This document shows positions 23,209-33,893 of a stretch of DNA of 64,000 nt, in pieces (within the stretch, counting starts at the first letter, position 1; every line of letters starts with the position of its first letter). The notes beneath the pieces are model-generated. The model was not told the DNA's origin. It did not search any database and worked only from the letters and a program-made list of their open reading frames with translations. This stretch comes from Salisapilia sapeloensis CBS 127946 (Eukaryota > Protista > Oomycota), in contig JAADVB010000089.1 in assembly GCA_023334545.1 (NCBI GenBank), forward strand, positions 1-64,000. The letters run 5' to 3'. The position numbers and the translations under genes are program-made.

Positions 23209-23550
23209 AGCCGCACCCTTTGCGTCTGATCACTTGTTCGGACGGACGATCTCGTCGTTTCCAGCTCTTACAAATTCCAAGTATACGTGGTAGATCCACC
23301 TTTTCGTGGGTCTAGGACCAATCTACTCAACAAAGTACGAATGAAATGAATCTTGAAAAGGTGTACACTGGATCCGAATCCTTTTCTAGGGTACTAGATA
23401 TGACAGGTACTTGAGGTAGTCATTGTAGCAAGCACCGAAATGGACGCTATCGAGTATGGCAGGTCGATGGAGATTTCGCAGATAAATGACTTTAACCGAA
23501 AACTCATTTCACTTGGATTTTTTCTTCCTCGTACTCACCCACAGATAGCA

Positions 23551-24573
23551 ATGGCAGAGACATCTCCAGGTGATAAAGATAGTAGCTCTACAATGAACTC
23601 GACGTACAGTACAATGGATTCGAAACGTGTCATTTTGATCACTGGAGGGACGTCTGGTATCGGATTCGAGTGCTGTAAAGCGTTATTGGAACGTTCCGAC
23701 TTGCATGTGATGCTCGTCGGCAGTACACAACAAAGTGTTGATAACGCACTATCTAAACTGAAACCTTCAAAGTCTACGTCGGATACGCAATCGACGATTC
23801 AAGGGTTTGCATGCGACCTCTCCCAGCTAGCAAGTGTCCGTAGTCTGGTGAATGAACTCATATCGTCCAAGATGAAGCTGTCGACGATTATATGCAATGC
23901 TGCCGTCGAAGGTCCGCTCCATCCCATGACGGAAGATGGCTTTGAAACTACATTTGCAACCAATCATCTGGGACACTTCCTACTAACCACCGCGTTATTC
24001 CATGCTGGTGTCTTCGCGCAGCCGACTTCATCGACGAAATCTCGATTGATCGTCGTGTCCTCTTCGCTGTACAACTCGCGTCGAACGCCGGATAATGGAC
24101 CGGATGTCTCGAAATGGAAGCGCGTGGCATTTGGTGTGCAACCGGAATCCGACGCGACTTGGACATCCAGACAAGCCTACGCGACGAGTAAACTTTGCAA
24201 CGTACTCTTTGCCCATGAATTTCAACGTCGGTACGGAGATCAAGTCGACATGTATATCTTTTCCCCAGGCTTCGTCCCCGACACAAATTTATTCCGAAAC
24301 CATTCGGCCATTGGATGGTTCTTTGCTAAAAATTTGATAAAAGCCGTGAGTTACTGCAATGCAGTGGCAAAGATGAGCACGCCGAAGCGATCGGGAGACG
24401 TTTTAGCGAAACTTGGCGGTGATGTGGATGTGCAATATAAATCCGGATCTTTCATCTGGCTTGACGAGCTCCATGAAGCTAGTGACAAGAGCAAGGACCC
24501 TCGGATCGCAAAGCAACTATGGGAATTATCGAGTCACTGGTGTGATCAATCCGGATCCTCTAGAAGCGAATAA
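23551..24573 (+). CDS. Short-chain dehydrogenase/reductase (retinol dehydrogenase/WWOX/POR-like)
   Basis: TGGTSGIG, ICNAA, FATNHLGHFLL, catalytic YATSK, PGFVPDT. ORF is open from 23440; ATG 23551 is the likelier start. Confidence 0.92.
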   Translation: MAETSPGDKDSSSTMNSTYSTMDSKRVILITGGTSGIGFECCKALLERSDLHVMLVGSTQQSVDNALSKLKPSKSTSDTQSTIQGFACDLSQLASVRSLVNELISSKMKLSTIICNAAVEGPLHPMTEDGFETTFATNHLGHFLLTTALFHAGVFAQPTSSTKSRLIVVSSSLYNSRRTPDNGPDVSKWKRVAFGVQPESDATWTSRQAYATSKLCNVLFAHEFQRRYGDQVDMYIFSPGFVPDTNLFRNHSAIGWFFAKNLIKAVSYCNAVAKMSTPKRSGDVLAKLGGDVDVQYKSGSFIWLDELHEASDKSKDPRIAKQLWELSSHWCDQSGSSRSE

Positions 24574-24669
24574 AAAATCTTCGAATTATGTATTGAAGTG
24601 CGTTTAAAGTGGTTTATAGAGGTTGCTAGAAGGTCGTCCGATTAGACAACATCCCTCAGACTCAGGAAT

Positions 24670-25569
24670 ATGGCGAGTCATGGCGTCATTAATGCCATCT
24701 TTGGGTCGTATGACCTCAGCAACGCCAAAAATTGGCGCAACGATGACATTGTCTATCGGGAACAGCAAGTCCAATGGCTGAATGACGACATTGCTCGCGC
24801 ACACGAGTGGCGTCGAGCAGATATCATTCGCGAACTGCGATGCGAGAAGCTAGAGAGTGAACACATTGCTTGTGATGCCCGAGCAGACCAACTTTCGACG
24901 GTAGCAGAGCAATGTGCTCTATTATCTGGTTTTTGTATCATCTCGATGTCGAATCTAGGTCTCCCAGACGACCTAAATTACGTCGTTTTCTTCCTATATG
25001 CGGTTTCCTGCTCTGCTGTCGCCATCACCTTGTTCCTAAGCGCAGTCATGTGCACGACTCTCACGCTTGCTGTTACAAGGTACGCTGGTGAAGAGCTGGA
25101 GCATAAAGTCGAAGCTTTGGACTTGACAGAGCTCCATGGAGATTCTCCATTTGGTCTCTGGTGGATCCACCGTTGCGAGCAGCAGCAGATGACGGCATAC
25201 AAGTTTCTTGTTGTCGGCATCTCCATGTTCTTCCTCTACCTCGTGCTCGTCATTTGGATACAATTCGACCATTCGCTCATTACTACGACCTCCATGTCGG
25301 TAGTCATCGGCGTCGCGTTCCTCACGTGGCAATTGCGCATGATCAGTCGATGGAGATACCTTTTCACACCTCCTAGGGCACCAAGACATTTACAACACAC
25401 GCTACTGAACGCATCGCTAGAGGCACAGCAACGCCAAGCTCGAGCGTTTTCATCCAATTCCTTCATGCAAAACTCTGAAACGAGGAAGAACAATGCCAGT
25501 ACTTTCGACATCCCAATCTCCCCTACGACACAAAGCAGCAGAACAAATTACGTCCAACATCAAAGCTAA
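24670..25569 (+). CDS. Orai/CRAC-family-like four-TM channel protein
   Basis: TM1 CALLSGFCIISMSNL matches Orai SALLSGFAMVAMVEV. Four hydrophobic helices in Orai order; N-terminal WR.DD..R..WRR.D repeats as in non-animal Orai homologues. Confidence 0.75.
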   Translation: MASHGVINAIFGSYDLSNAKNWRNDDIVYREQQVQWLNDDIARAHEWRRADIIRELRCEKLESEHIACDARADQLSTVAEQCALLSGFCIISMSNLGLPDDLNYVVFFLYAVSCSAVAITLFLSAVMCTTLTLAVTRYAGEELEHKVEALDLTELHGDSPFGLWWIHRCEQQQMTAYKFLVVGISMFFLYLVLVIWIQFDHSLITTTSMSVVIGVAFLTWQLRMISRWRYLFTPPRAPRHLQHTLLNASLEAQQRQARAFSSNSFMQNSETRKNNASTFDIPISPTTQSSRTNYVQHQS

Positions 25570-25707
25570 TATACACTATCCACTTTCATTTCTACTAGCT
25601 TGCATTCCTCATGCACGTCAATAGCTCCTAGCGAGAGCATGGAAACCCAGGAAGGCGATGAGGTCGTGCGAAGGTAGCTCAAAGGTAGCTTTTATCACCA
25701 TAACAAG

Positions 25708-28101
25708 ATGGAGCCATCGGATGTCACGTCCTCGGCGCCTGCACACGGCCACCGCTTGCAGATTGCAACATGGATTATCCTTGCTGGTATCTGTGCACTT
25801 AGCATTTCCATTCGCATCTTTCCCGTCGCTTTATGGGGCAGTGTACGTTCACTATTGCATATTACGTGCTCTATTGTCACCGAATGATGATACAACCTAT
25901 CTATCAAGTCCTCATTCATCTTGTCATTTGCAACTATCGCTTCTTACATCGTTGCACAATATCATTCTTCCCTCTAGACCATTATAGACATGCAAATATA
26001 CTAATAAACGAGTTTCCAATAGGTCATTCACGAGTACGACCCACAATTTAATTTCCGTGTGACCAAGTTCCTGTCGCAATACGGCATTCAGGATCTGCTC
26101 TCTTGGTTCGATGACCGAGCATGGTATCCTCTAGGTCGCAGTGTTGGAACTACACTGTACCCAGGTCTCATGCTCGCAGCCTCCAGCATCCAATACGTCC
26201 TGCACGTCCTGTCGTTCCAAGTGGAGATTCGCCACATCTGTGTCTTTCTAGCTCCTCTATTCGCAGCCTTATCCTGTATCTCTCTCTACTTCTTAACCAA
26301 AGCCGTTACGAACAAAACGTCCACCTCTCTCTTATCCGCAGCTCTACTCGCTGTCTCTCCAGCATACCTCTCTCGCTCGACTGCTGGGTCGTACGATAAC
26401 GAAGGCATCGCAATCTTCCTTCTTATCCTCACGTTCTATTGTTGGGTCCAGGCAGTACAACATGGCTCCATGTTCTTCGCTAGTCTAACAGCCTTGGCTT
26501 ACTGCTTCATGGCTTTGTCCTGGGGAGGATATGTCTTCATCCTGAACATCATTCCACTCCACACACTCGTGGCGCTTGTCCAAGAAGGTGCTTCACCTCG
26601 AGTCTACATTGCCTACTCCAGTTTCTACCCACTCGCGATGCTTCTGTCGATGCAAGTACCGTTCATCGGCTTTAATGCAGTCCTACAAGGCGAGAGCATG
26701 GCAGCTAATGGCGTCTTCGGTCTCCTTCAAATCTGGGCCTTTGCAACGTACTTGAGATCAAAGCTATCTCCAACTGCCTTTGCAGCCTTGATTAAAGGCC
26801 TCAAGGTCACCGCTCTTGTTGTTATTGTTCTAATTTTCATCTCCATTGTCTTCTTTCGTAAAATGCAGTGGAGTGGACGTAGCCTTACGCTACTTGATCC
26901 TACGTATGCCTCCAAGTACATTCCAATCATTGCTTCCGTTGGTGAGCATCAGCCGACGAATTGGTCCAACTTCTACCTCTCTCTCGGTCCTTCCATGCTC
27001 TTCATGCCTCTTGGTCTCTACTATAGCTTCGAACGCTCGACCATCGCATCGTCCTTCATGATCGTCTACAGCATCACAGCGCTCTACTTTGCTGGTATCA
27101 TGATCCGCCTCCTACTAACACTTGCTCCAGCTGCCTGTTACCTCAGTGCTGTCGGTTTCTCAGAACTCTTGACAGGTCTGTCACTAATGTGTCAACCAGC
27201 ACCAACGCTCGAGATACCTCCAAAGCCAGAAGCAAAAACATCTATGCGTAAGAAGAAGGCGATGCAAGTGACTCCGCCAGAGAACGAAGAAACAGACTTT
27301 GTATTCATCGTTATTGCCAAAATCGGTAACGTCCTGTCCTTCCGACCTATGAAAAAGAGTTTCCAGGACACTCCGAGTCCAGTGAAACTTCTACTCGTTG
27401 CTGTCACTGTACTCTTGATCATTCATATTCGCCACTGCTCGGCTGTTGCACGGAAAGCTTATTCGTCTACATCTTTACTTTTTGAACGACAGAACCGGAC
27501 GACTGGAGAGTACATCATACGCGATGATCTTCGAGAAGCATACTGGTGGCTACGTCAGAATACACCAGGGGACACAAAAGTTCTTAGTTGGTGGGACTAT
27601 GGCTATCAATTGTCTGTCATGTCGAATCGAACGACGCTAGTAGATAACAATACGTGGAATAATACACACATCGCTACGGTCGGACGAGTCCTTACGTCTG
27701 ATGAGGACGCAGCATTGCCAGTGCTCGAGAGTCTCGATATAGACTACATTATGATCTTGTTCGGAGGTCGAGCTGGTACCCCTGGAGATGACATTGATAA
27801 GATGTCGTGGATTCTACGGATCGCAGAAGGTGTGTTCCCGGAAACAACGATTGAATCAGAGTACTTGTATAAGGAGAAGATGGTCGTTGGTGAGAATGCG
27901 ACTGCTCGAATGCAGCAGAGTCTCTTGTACAAGTTTAGCTACTACGACTTTCGAAATGAAGAGGATGGAACGAATTATACTGCCATGGATCTTAATCGTC
28001 GGGTACCTATCGATTCAAGCGGCATTCAATTAAAACACTTTGAGCCGGCATTTACGACTGAAAATTGGATCGTTCGACTGTATCGTCGAAAAAGACAATA
28101 G
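25708..28101 (+). CDS. STT3: Oligosaccharyltransferase catalytic subunit STT3 (2 exons, ~737 aa)
   Basis: VIHEYDPQFNFR after intron 25843-26022, YPGL, RSTAGSYDNE, IIASVGEHQPT, WWDYGYQ, VDNNTWNNTHI, DDIDK..W..RI. Confidence 0.96.
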
Positions 28102-29788
28102 GACTGAGATTAGTAGAATGCAAACCTTTTCATGTTTGAAAGTACTTTGGTCATGCATAAACTGATGATTGTCGTGGGTTTGGAGTCGAATGACGAAACT
28201 TGGTGTGTCCAGAGAACGTCACTTTGCCAGTGCACATATATATATATTCCTGCTTTTAGCTTTCACCTTCGGCATCTATTGACCAAAGCCGTAAAAGATG
28301 TCCTTAAAGATGTTCGGATAGCCGAAAAGGACTTTTCATTCATTGATGTAGTAATAGAGGCTCATAGTCGGATTGGTATGCATACCTCATTTATCTTTTA
28401 CGCTCAAGCAGATAGAATGATCTTCTGTTTGCACTCGACATAATATTTAGCTAAATCACATGACCAACTTATGGGTAAATATGCGAAGGAGGCAAAGATA
28501 GAAATAGTTTCTTATGGTTGCTACGTGGAAACTGTCTTTGCTCATGTGATCACTTTGTGGTCACCTAGCTGATATACACGACTCCAGGACTACCAGCAAT
28601 AGCTGCTCTATCTTTAGTTCCATCCAAATAGATCATTTTACGATCCTACGCGCGATTCGGTATCGTTGTAGCAAGTTGAAACGATTGCGGCCACCTTGCA
28701 TGGCCGCATCGTGCCTCATTTACCATCAGGTCCATTACTTTACATGGTAGTGATTTAAAACAAGATTTCTATTCATTATAATCTCCGCTATGCATGCCTT
28801 TAATTGCACCCGCACACCTAAAAGTACCTGTACCAGAACAGGTTGTAGTAGATGGATTTTGCATGTGACAACAACCAATACTAGTTTAAGTTCGAAGCAT
28901 GGGGTTTGCAGTGCTGTCAACATCTATTTTTTCTTTTCGTTCTAGACAGAGACATCAATCTTCAACTACGTTTTCATTGCTAGATTGTCGTGATCTACTT
29001 TATCAGGTACCGATCAAGAAGAAACTTGATTTCGGATAAAAGATATCGTCATATAAAGAAAAATTTAAAATCGAAATAAAAAGAAATAATAGTTTCATGC
29101 AACTATAGCACAAGTACGGAAACTGCTATTGCATTTATCTGACAGTCAGAATGCTGGACATCGGTTGCCAAGTAGCTTTTGTGTCGTAAACTTCATTTAT
29201 GCTTCAGCGGATAATCTGATAGTCGGCAGTCTATGAAGGCACAAAGACAAATTTAGATCACACAGCCAGTTGTCCTGCAGCACCAGTCAAAAGATTGCTT
29301 CCACGTCGAAAGACACATGACAACGACAGCATCATCTACCGACCAATCTAAAGACCCTGTCAATCCAACTCATAACGCAGACATCTAGTCAAGAACATGT
29401 TTTCTCAACATGCACGCTGTATCAGACCATTGCTGCTTTTGAGTGTCTCTATCCACCATATTTAATACTTATACATGTCTCTATCTTGCCCGAAGCGAAA
29501 AGCTCAAAAGTAACATGGCTACAAGAACTTCGAGAAACTTCTTCCCGCAATGCACAACTCACTCTTCCCAACTCTCCTTATCTGTCCAACACTTCAGTCA
29601 TCCTCCATCCTCTCTAAACTAGAACTCAGATATTATCATACCACAAGTCCACAATCGAGCACCCTTCCGTACGGATATAGCAGTTGAAATCAGTATCCAA
29701 CACTCTTTCCTATAGTGAATGATGGTCTATTTCTTATCCTTCTATCATCCTCCACACAATTGTATTTCGAATCTACTACGCACCTACC

Positions 29789-31069
29789 ATGGCATGGAAC
29801 ATGACTGCAACCGCGGCGCCAGTCGCACCAACTCGACAGAAAACTATGCAAGAGATTATGGACGAAGAATTAGCACAACAAATGTATGAAGAAGAATGTC
29901 GTGGTCTGGAGCATGACATTAATCCGGAACGCCAGAACAATGTCTTTGCCCACATGGCACCATCAGCTCAATTCGAAGACACTCGTGCCAATTGGTTGAA
30001 TGCAGAGACAGCCAACCTGGAAGATAAGGAGCCATCGACTGATACAGACAGCAGCATTCCTACTGCCAAGACAGATCTTCGACTCGGGAGTAGTCCGAAG
30101 AAAGCATCGAGCAGCACTCTTCCTCGTCCGGTAGATGACTTTGCCAAGACACATAGCTCATTTCGTGAAGCCATGCGTCGACAGTACAAGTCGGACAAGA
30201 AAGGCTTGTCTGGACGAGTGGAAGCAGCTACGCATGCTACGCGCGAAGGTGTATTGGACGAACGTACGGAACGTTTGATGCAAAAGCTAATCAATCGAGA
30301 AGAATTGGATGAAATGCACGGTATTGTCCAAACGGGCAAAGAGGCACATGTCTTCCATGCCGTCGGAACTGACCCGGACACTTTTGCCGAAACGCATTTC
30401 GCGGTCAAAATCTTTAAAACGACATTAAACGAATTTAGCAATCGACATGAGTACGTCACTGGTGACCATCGCTTCCAGCCGAACTTCAACAAGCATTCCA
30501 ACCGACAGCAATTGCATACGTGGACCGAAAAGGAGTTCAAGAACCTCCATCGAGCGATTCAAGCCAAGATCCGAGCGCCACTACCGAAAGTCTTTAAGGA
30601 ACATGTCTTGATTATGGAGTTTATCGGCGTCGAAGGCTTCCCTGCTCCACCACTCAAGGATGTATCGTTCGAGACGAAGCAGGAGATGGCAAGTGCCTAC
30701 GTACAGATCTTAAAGTCCGTCCGGGAGCTCTATCAGACAGCTCGTTTGGTCCATGGTGACTTGAGCGAGTACAATGTCCTGTACTTGGACAGCAAGTGCT
30801 GGCTCATTGACTTTGGCCAAGCCGTGACGACGACACACCCAGAGGCTGAGACCCTGCTCGTACGCGACATGGATAATATCCGACAATTCTTTTTGAAAAG
30901 AGGGCTAGAAGCTTCAGATGAAGATGACTTGACAGTCCTAAGTCGAGAGGAAGAAGTGGCATATGTGACGACGGAAAACGATGCTTTGGACACGATCCAA
31001 TCTGCTAGTATGCAAACGCTTGTACGCGAGACACAAGTAGGACGAGGTGATGTTCAAGACACGGAATAA
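29789..31069 (+). CDS. RIOK3: RIO1-family atypical kinase, RIOK3-like
   Basis: TGKEAHVFHA, AVKIFKT, W.EKEFKNL, HGDLSEYNVL, IDFGQAV. N-terminal MQEIMDEELAQQM; no lysine-rich RIOK1 tail. Confidence 0.85.
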   Translation: MAWNMTATAAPVAPTRQKTMQEIMDEELAQQMYEEECRGLEHDINPERQNNVFAHMAPSAQFEDTRANWLNAETANLEDKEPSTDTDSSIPTAKTDLRLGSSPKKASSSTLPRPVDDFAKTHSSFREAMRRQYKSDKKGLSGRVEAATHATREGVLDERTERLMQKLINREELDEMHGIVQTGKEAHVFHAVGTDPDTFAETHFAVKIFKTTLNEFSNRHEYVTGDHRFQPNFNKHSNRQQLHTWTEKEFKNLHRAIQAKIRAPLPKVFKEHVLIMEFIGVEGFPAPPLKDVSFETKQEMASAYVQILKSVRELYQTARLVHGDLSEYNVLYLDSKCWLIDFGQAVTTTHPEAETLLVRDMDNIRQFFLKRGLEASDEDDLTVLSREEEVAYVTTENDALDTIQSASMQTLVRETQVGRGDVQDTE

Positions 31070-31092
31070 CTTTTTAAAACTCTCTTTTGCCA

Positions 31093-31905
31093 TTAAGTCG
31101 CTTTTAACCGTCGAAGTAGATTTTGTAAATCCTTGATACTCATCTGTGCATTTCCATCAGCTTCTTTCACATATTCCAATATCTTCTTATGTGGGATTTT
31201 AATCCGAGCAAGTATCGCGACGGTCTCTTGGACGTGACTGCTCAAAGCGTTTCGGACACGAGGATAGCGTTTATAGATCTCTTGGTTGACAGCATGGTTA
31301 TGACAAGCATGCTGGGATGTCACGACGACGTGCCAATTCGCTCCACGACGTTGGACGCATGCGTTGATACGAGCAGGGCATTCTAACGATCGATGTCCTC
31401 GGATGCTCCGATCGCCTTTGGCACGTAAGCGAGGCTTGCCTGCGTGCGTGCATACGAGTGTTTTCACGTAGACTGGGAAGCTTTCTTGTGGAATTAACGG
31501 CGATAAATTACGTTTGGTCATGATCGAATTGCGATGGCTCGTCGGCGTGGCCGTCCGGACGATATAGTGTTGATACGTCTGACCTTCATACGTTCGAATG
31601 TACGCATGGAAGTCTTCCCATGACACAAAGATAGATTGGTCGAGTTTCGGTACTGGGACAGGTGTCGATGACAAGGTTAGTTCACCACTATGTGGCGTCG
31701 ACGTCGTGTCCGACGGTATGTCCGAGGACATGGCAAGAGCTGATGCATCGTCATTCGGAGCATTCTCCGAGAAGGCGGACTCATGGAGGAGGATAGGTGA
31801 ATGGACATTGGGTACATGTGTGGATGGTGTCAATAGAAAGTCGTTGGAGGCATTCACATCGCCTTTGAGTGGCATGGAAGCGTTTTCCTCCGCCATCGCC
31901 TCCAT
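31093..31905 (-). CDS. FAR1/WRKY-GCM1-type DNA-binding protein (Mutator-transposase-derived, no catalytic domain)
   Basis: FVSWEDFHAYIRTYEGQTYQ, LVCTHAG.PR, ECPARINA..W.V....HNH; ends shortly after the helical region with no DDE domain. Confidence 0.75.
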   Translation of the reverse strand: MEAMAEENASMPLKGDVNASNDFLLTPSTHVPNVHSPILLHESAFSENAPNDDASALAMSSDIPSDTTSTPHSGELTLSSTPVPVPKLDQSIFVSWEDFHAYIRTYEGQTYQHYIVRTATPTSHRNSIMTKRNLSPLIPQESFPVYVKTLVCTHAGKPRLRAKGDRSIRGHRSLECPARINACVQRRGANWHVVVTSQHACHNHAVNQEIYKRYPRVRNALSSHVQETVAILARIKIPHKKILEYVKEADGNAQMSIKDLQNLLRRLKAT

Positions 31906-32024
31906 CTTCCAGAACTGGTCGAACACTTCCTAGCTACACGGAAGGGATGTACCATAAATGTGCCGACAACAAAAGCGTTTCAAGGTTTATTATGGTTACG
32001 AGCATCTAAATACGCATTCTCTGC

Positions 32025-33677
32025 TCATGACAATACGAGCTGGAAGTCGGAGATTAATGCAAAGATGAGCGTGACGATCGATAAGATCACTAGTGTGAGC
32101 AATCGCCTTGAATCCCATGCCGAATGTCGCCACGGATACAATTTCCAGTAATACACGGTCGGCAGGATGTAGCACAAGAGCAAGAGCGCAGTCGATCCGA
32201 CGAACGAAAAGACGAACTCGACACCAGGGACGTGCAATGCACACAAGACTTGCGTTGCCAACAGAAGAAATGCGACCGCAGCTTGGGCCATCCACTGCCC
32301 CATCCGATGTTTCCATCCGAATGCTTGTCTTCGCAACTCGGTCGTACTAACGTTGCGACATCGTATTTCCAACATTAACTCCTTTAACGGATGAAAGAGC
32401 AACGGAAACGACAACAAGATGGAGCCAAAGAGCGCTACACATGGGATCGTCATGATCGCGTCGTCATCCAGATTAAGCAAGATGTTGCCCTTCGTTGCTG
32501 AACCGTAGATACTCGCAGCGCAGTATCCAAAACTTCCGTATAACAAAATGCACACAAACGCTGCTGCATAAACGTAGTATCGCATACGCCTTCCAGCTTG
32601 ATGGAAATCGCTGTTGAACGCAATATCCAGCAACCCGGAGCTGCTCGCAGTGTGGAACAATGACTGGAGTCCAGACTGACTGTGTGTCTCATTCCAACGC
32701 TGTGCGACTAATTGGGCCAGCAACGGGATCACATTGAGATGCATCATAAAGGTGAAATTGTAGATGCCAAAGACTTCTGCAAAGTGAACCCCACTTGGTG
32801 ACTCTTCCGGATGTACATTTCCTTTCTCCGGTAAGTCGTTCGGCAACGTGATGGCACGATAGGTTACTGCCGCCACTAGATACAGCACAAACGTGAAGCT
32901 TAGATAGGAAGAGTATCGTAGCGCCGAGATATTCTTCAACGTGCCAAGAGGCAATGCGACAAGAAGAAACACAAGCCAGACTGTGCGCAATACAAGCGTG
33001 TCTTGCGTTTCCATCGGCATGTCTTCAAAGGCAGTGCTGCTGAACGCATACGCGAATGAAAGAATCGTTGGTGCCATGTCTTTCACAACACGAACGCTAC
33101 CAACGCATGCTCCAAACACAGCAAACGCAGTCGTAAACGCGACAAAACGAGCGAGCTTCGTTCCGCCTGCTCGTACAGCCAGTTCCTGATACGTTTCCTT
33201 CATCTCGGCTTCACTTGATTTACATGCAACGGCAACATGTACACGCAAGATAATGTCGGCCGTAAACGCCATGGCTGTACCAACAACTACAAGTACGATA
33301 AAAGCTGAAGTGGGCGATAGAAGAAGGAACGTGTAGGGTATGGACAAGGTGCCGGCGCCAATGGCCGACATGAGCAATGTAAACGGTATGGCACAATAGC
33401 TCGACACTTGTTTAAACCATGTCAAAATGCCGTTTCGAGTGTCTGGAGCAGTCAATTGTAGAGAATTAGTACTGCCCTTTAATGTTTCTCCGGATAATGC
33501 AGCAGCAGCGTCGATGGAGATGAGCTCACCATCATCAAGTACGGATGGGAAGCCTCGCTCAAAAGAAGCGAGGTGTTCTCGGCCTTGAAGTTCTGGCGAT
33601 AAAGATGCCGAGCGACCTGCTGGCGCAGATAGCAATGGATGTTGTTCGTAAGTTCCTGTCATCTCGTCGCATACCAA
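32025..33677 (-). CDS. AAAP/SLC38-like transmembrane amino-acid transporter
   Basis: TLLMSAIGAGTLSIPY, LALPLGTLKNISALRYSS, FTFMMHLNV, YGSATKGNILLN, SFPLLFHP, FVGST; about 11 TM helices. Confidence 0.92.
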   Translation of the reverse strand: MVCDEMTGTYEQHPLLSAPAGRSASLSPELQGREHLASFERGFPSVLDDGELISIDAAAALSGETLKGSTNSLQLTAPDTRNGILTWFKQVSSYCAIPFTLLMSAIGAGTLSIPYTFLLLSPTSAFIVLVVVGTAMAFTADIILRVHVAVACKSSEAEMKETYQELAVRAGGTKLARFVAFTTAFAVFGACVGSVRVVKDMAPTILSFAYAFSSTAFEDMPMETQDTLVLRTVWLVFLLVALPLGTLKNISALRYSSYLSFTFVLYLVAAVTYRAITLPNDLPEKGNVHPEESPSGVHFAEVFGIYNFTFMMHLNVIPLLAQLVAQRWNETHSQSGLQSLFHTASSSGLLDIAFNSDFHQAGRRMRYYVYAAAFVCILLYGSFGYCAASIYGSATKGNILLNLDDDAIMTIPCVALFGSILLSFPLLFHPLKELMLEIRCRNVSTTELRRQAFGWKHRMGQWMAQAAVAFLLLATQVLCALHVPGVEFVFSFVGSTALLLLCYILPTVYYWKLYPWRHSAWDSRRLLTLVILSIVTLIFALISDFQLVLS

Positions 33678-33857
33678 GGGAGGCGCAGTGTCCTGGAATC
33701 GTCATGTGGCTCTACGACAGAATACTTCGAGTTGTAAAAGACATTCACGGTAGTATCTGACGATTCTCGACTGAAGTTTCTCATTGGTCGTGTTAAAGCC
33801 CAATGAGCAACATGGAGGAAGGCGGACTACTTTGGTAGGAGAGGAGAACGTCTACTA

Positions 33858-33873
33858 GCATTTATAAATTTGC
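33858..33873 (+). promoter_or_regulatory. INR/FPR-like core promoter of the CysH-Grx gene
   Basis: GCATTTATAAATTTGC contains the FPR consensus match AATTTGC (33867-33873), 20 nt before ATG 33894. The INR part is imperfect. Confidence 0.35.
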
Positions 33874-33893
33874 TTCGAATATATCAAGTAAGA

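Noticed and set aside
19574-23293. Numerous 60-130 aa antisense and alternate-frame ORFs over the EF-hand gene (likewise over cysH, sestrin, the kinases and the transporters)
   Set aside because: Shadow ORFs expected from GC-rich codon usage of the real gene; no independent motifs.
25843-26022. Unusually long 180-nt STT3 intron with an ATGATGA C-box-like motif (possible intronic snoRNA)
   Set aside because: No downstream CTGA D box or terminal stem found.
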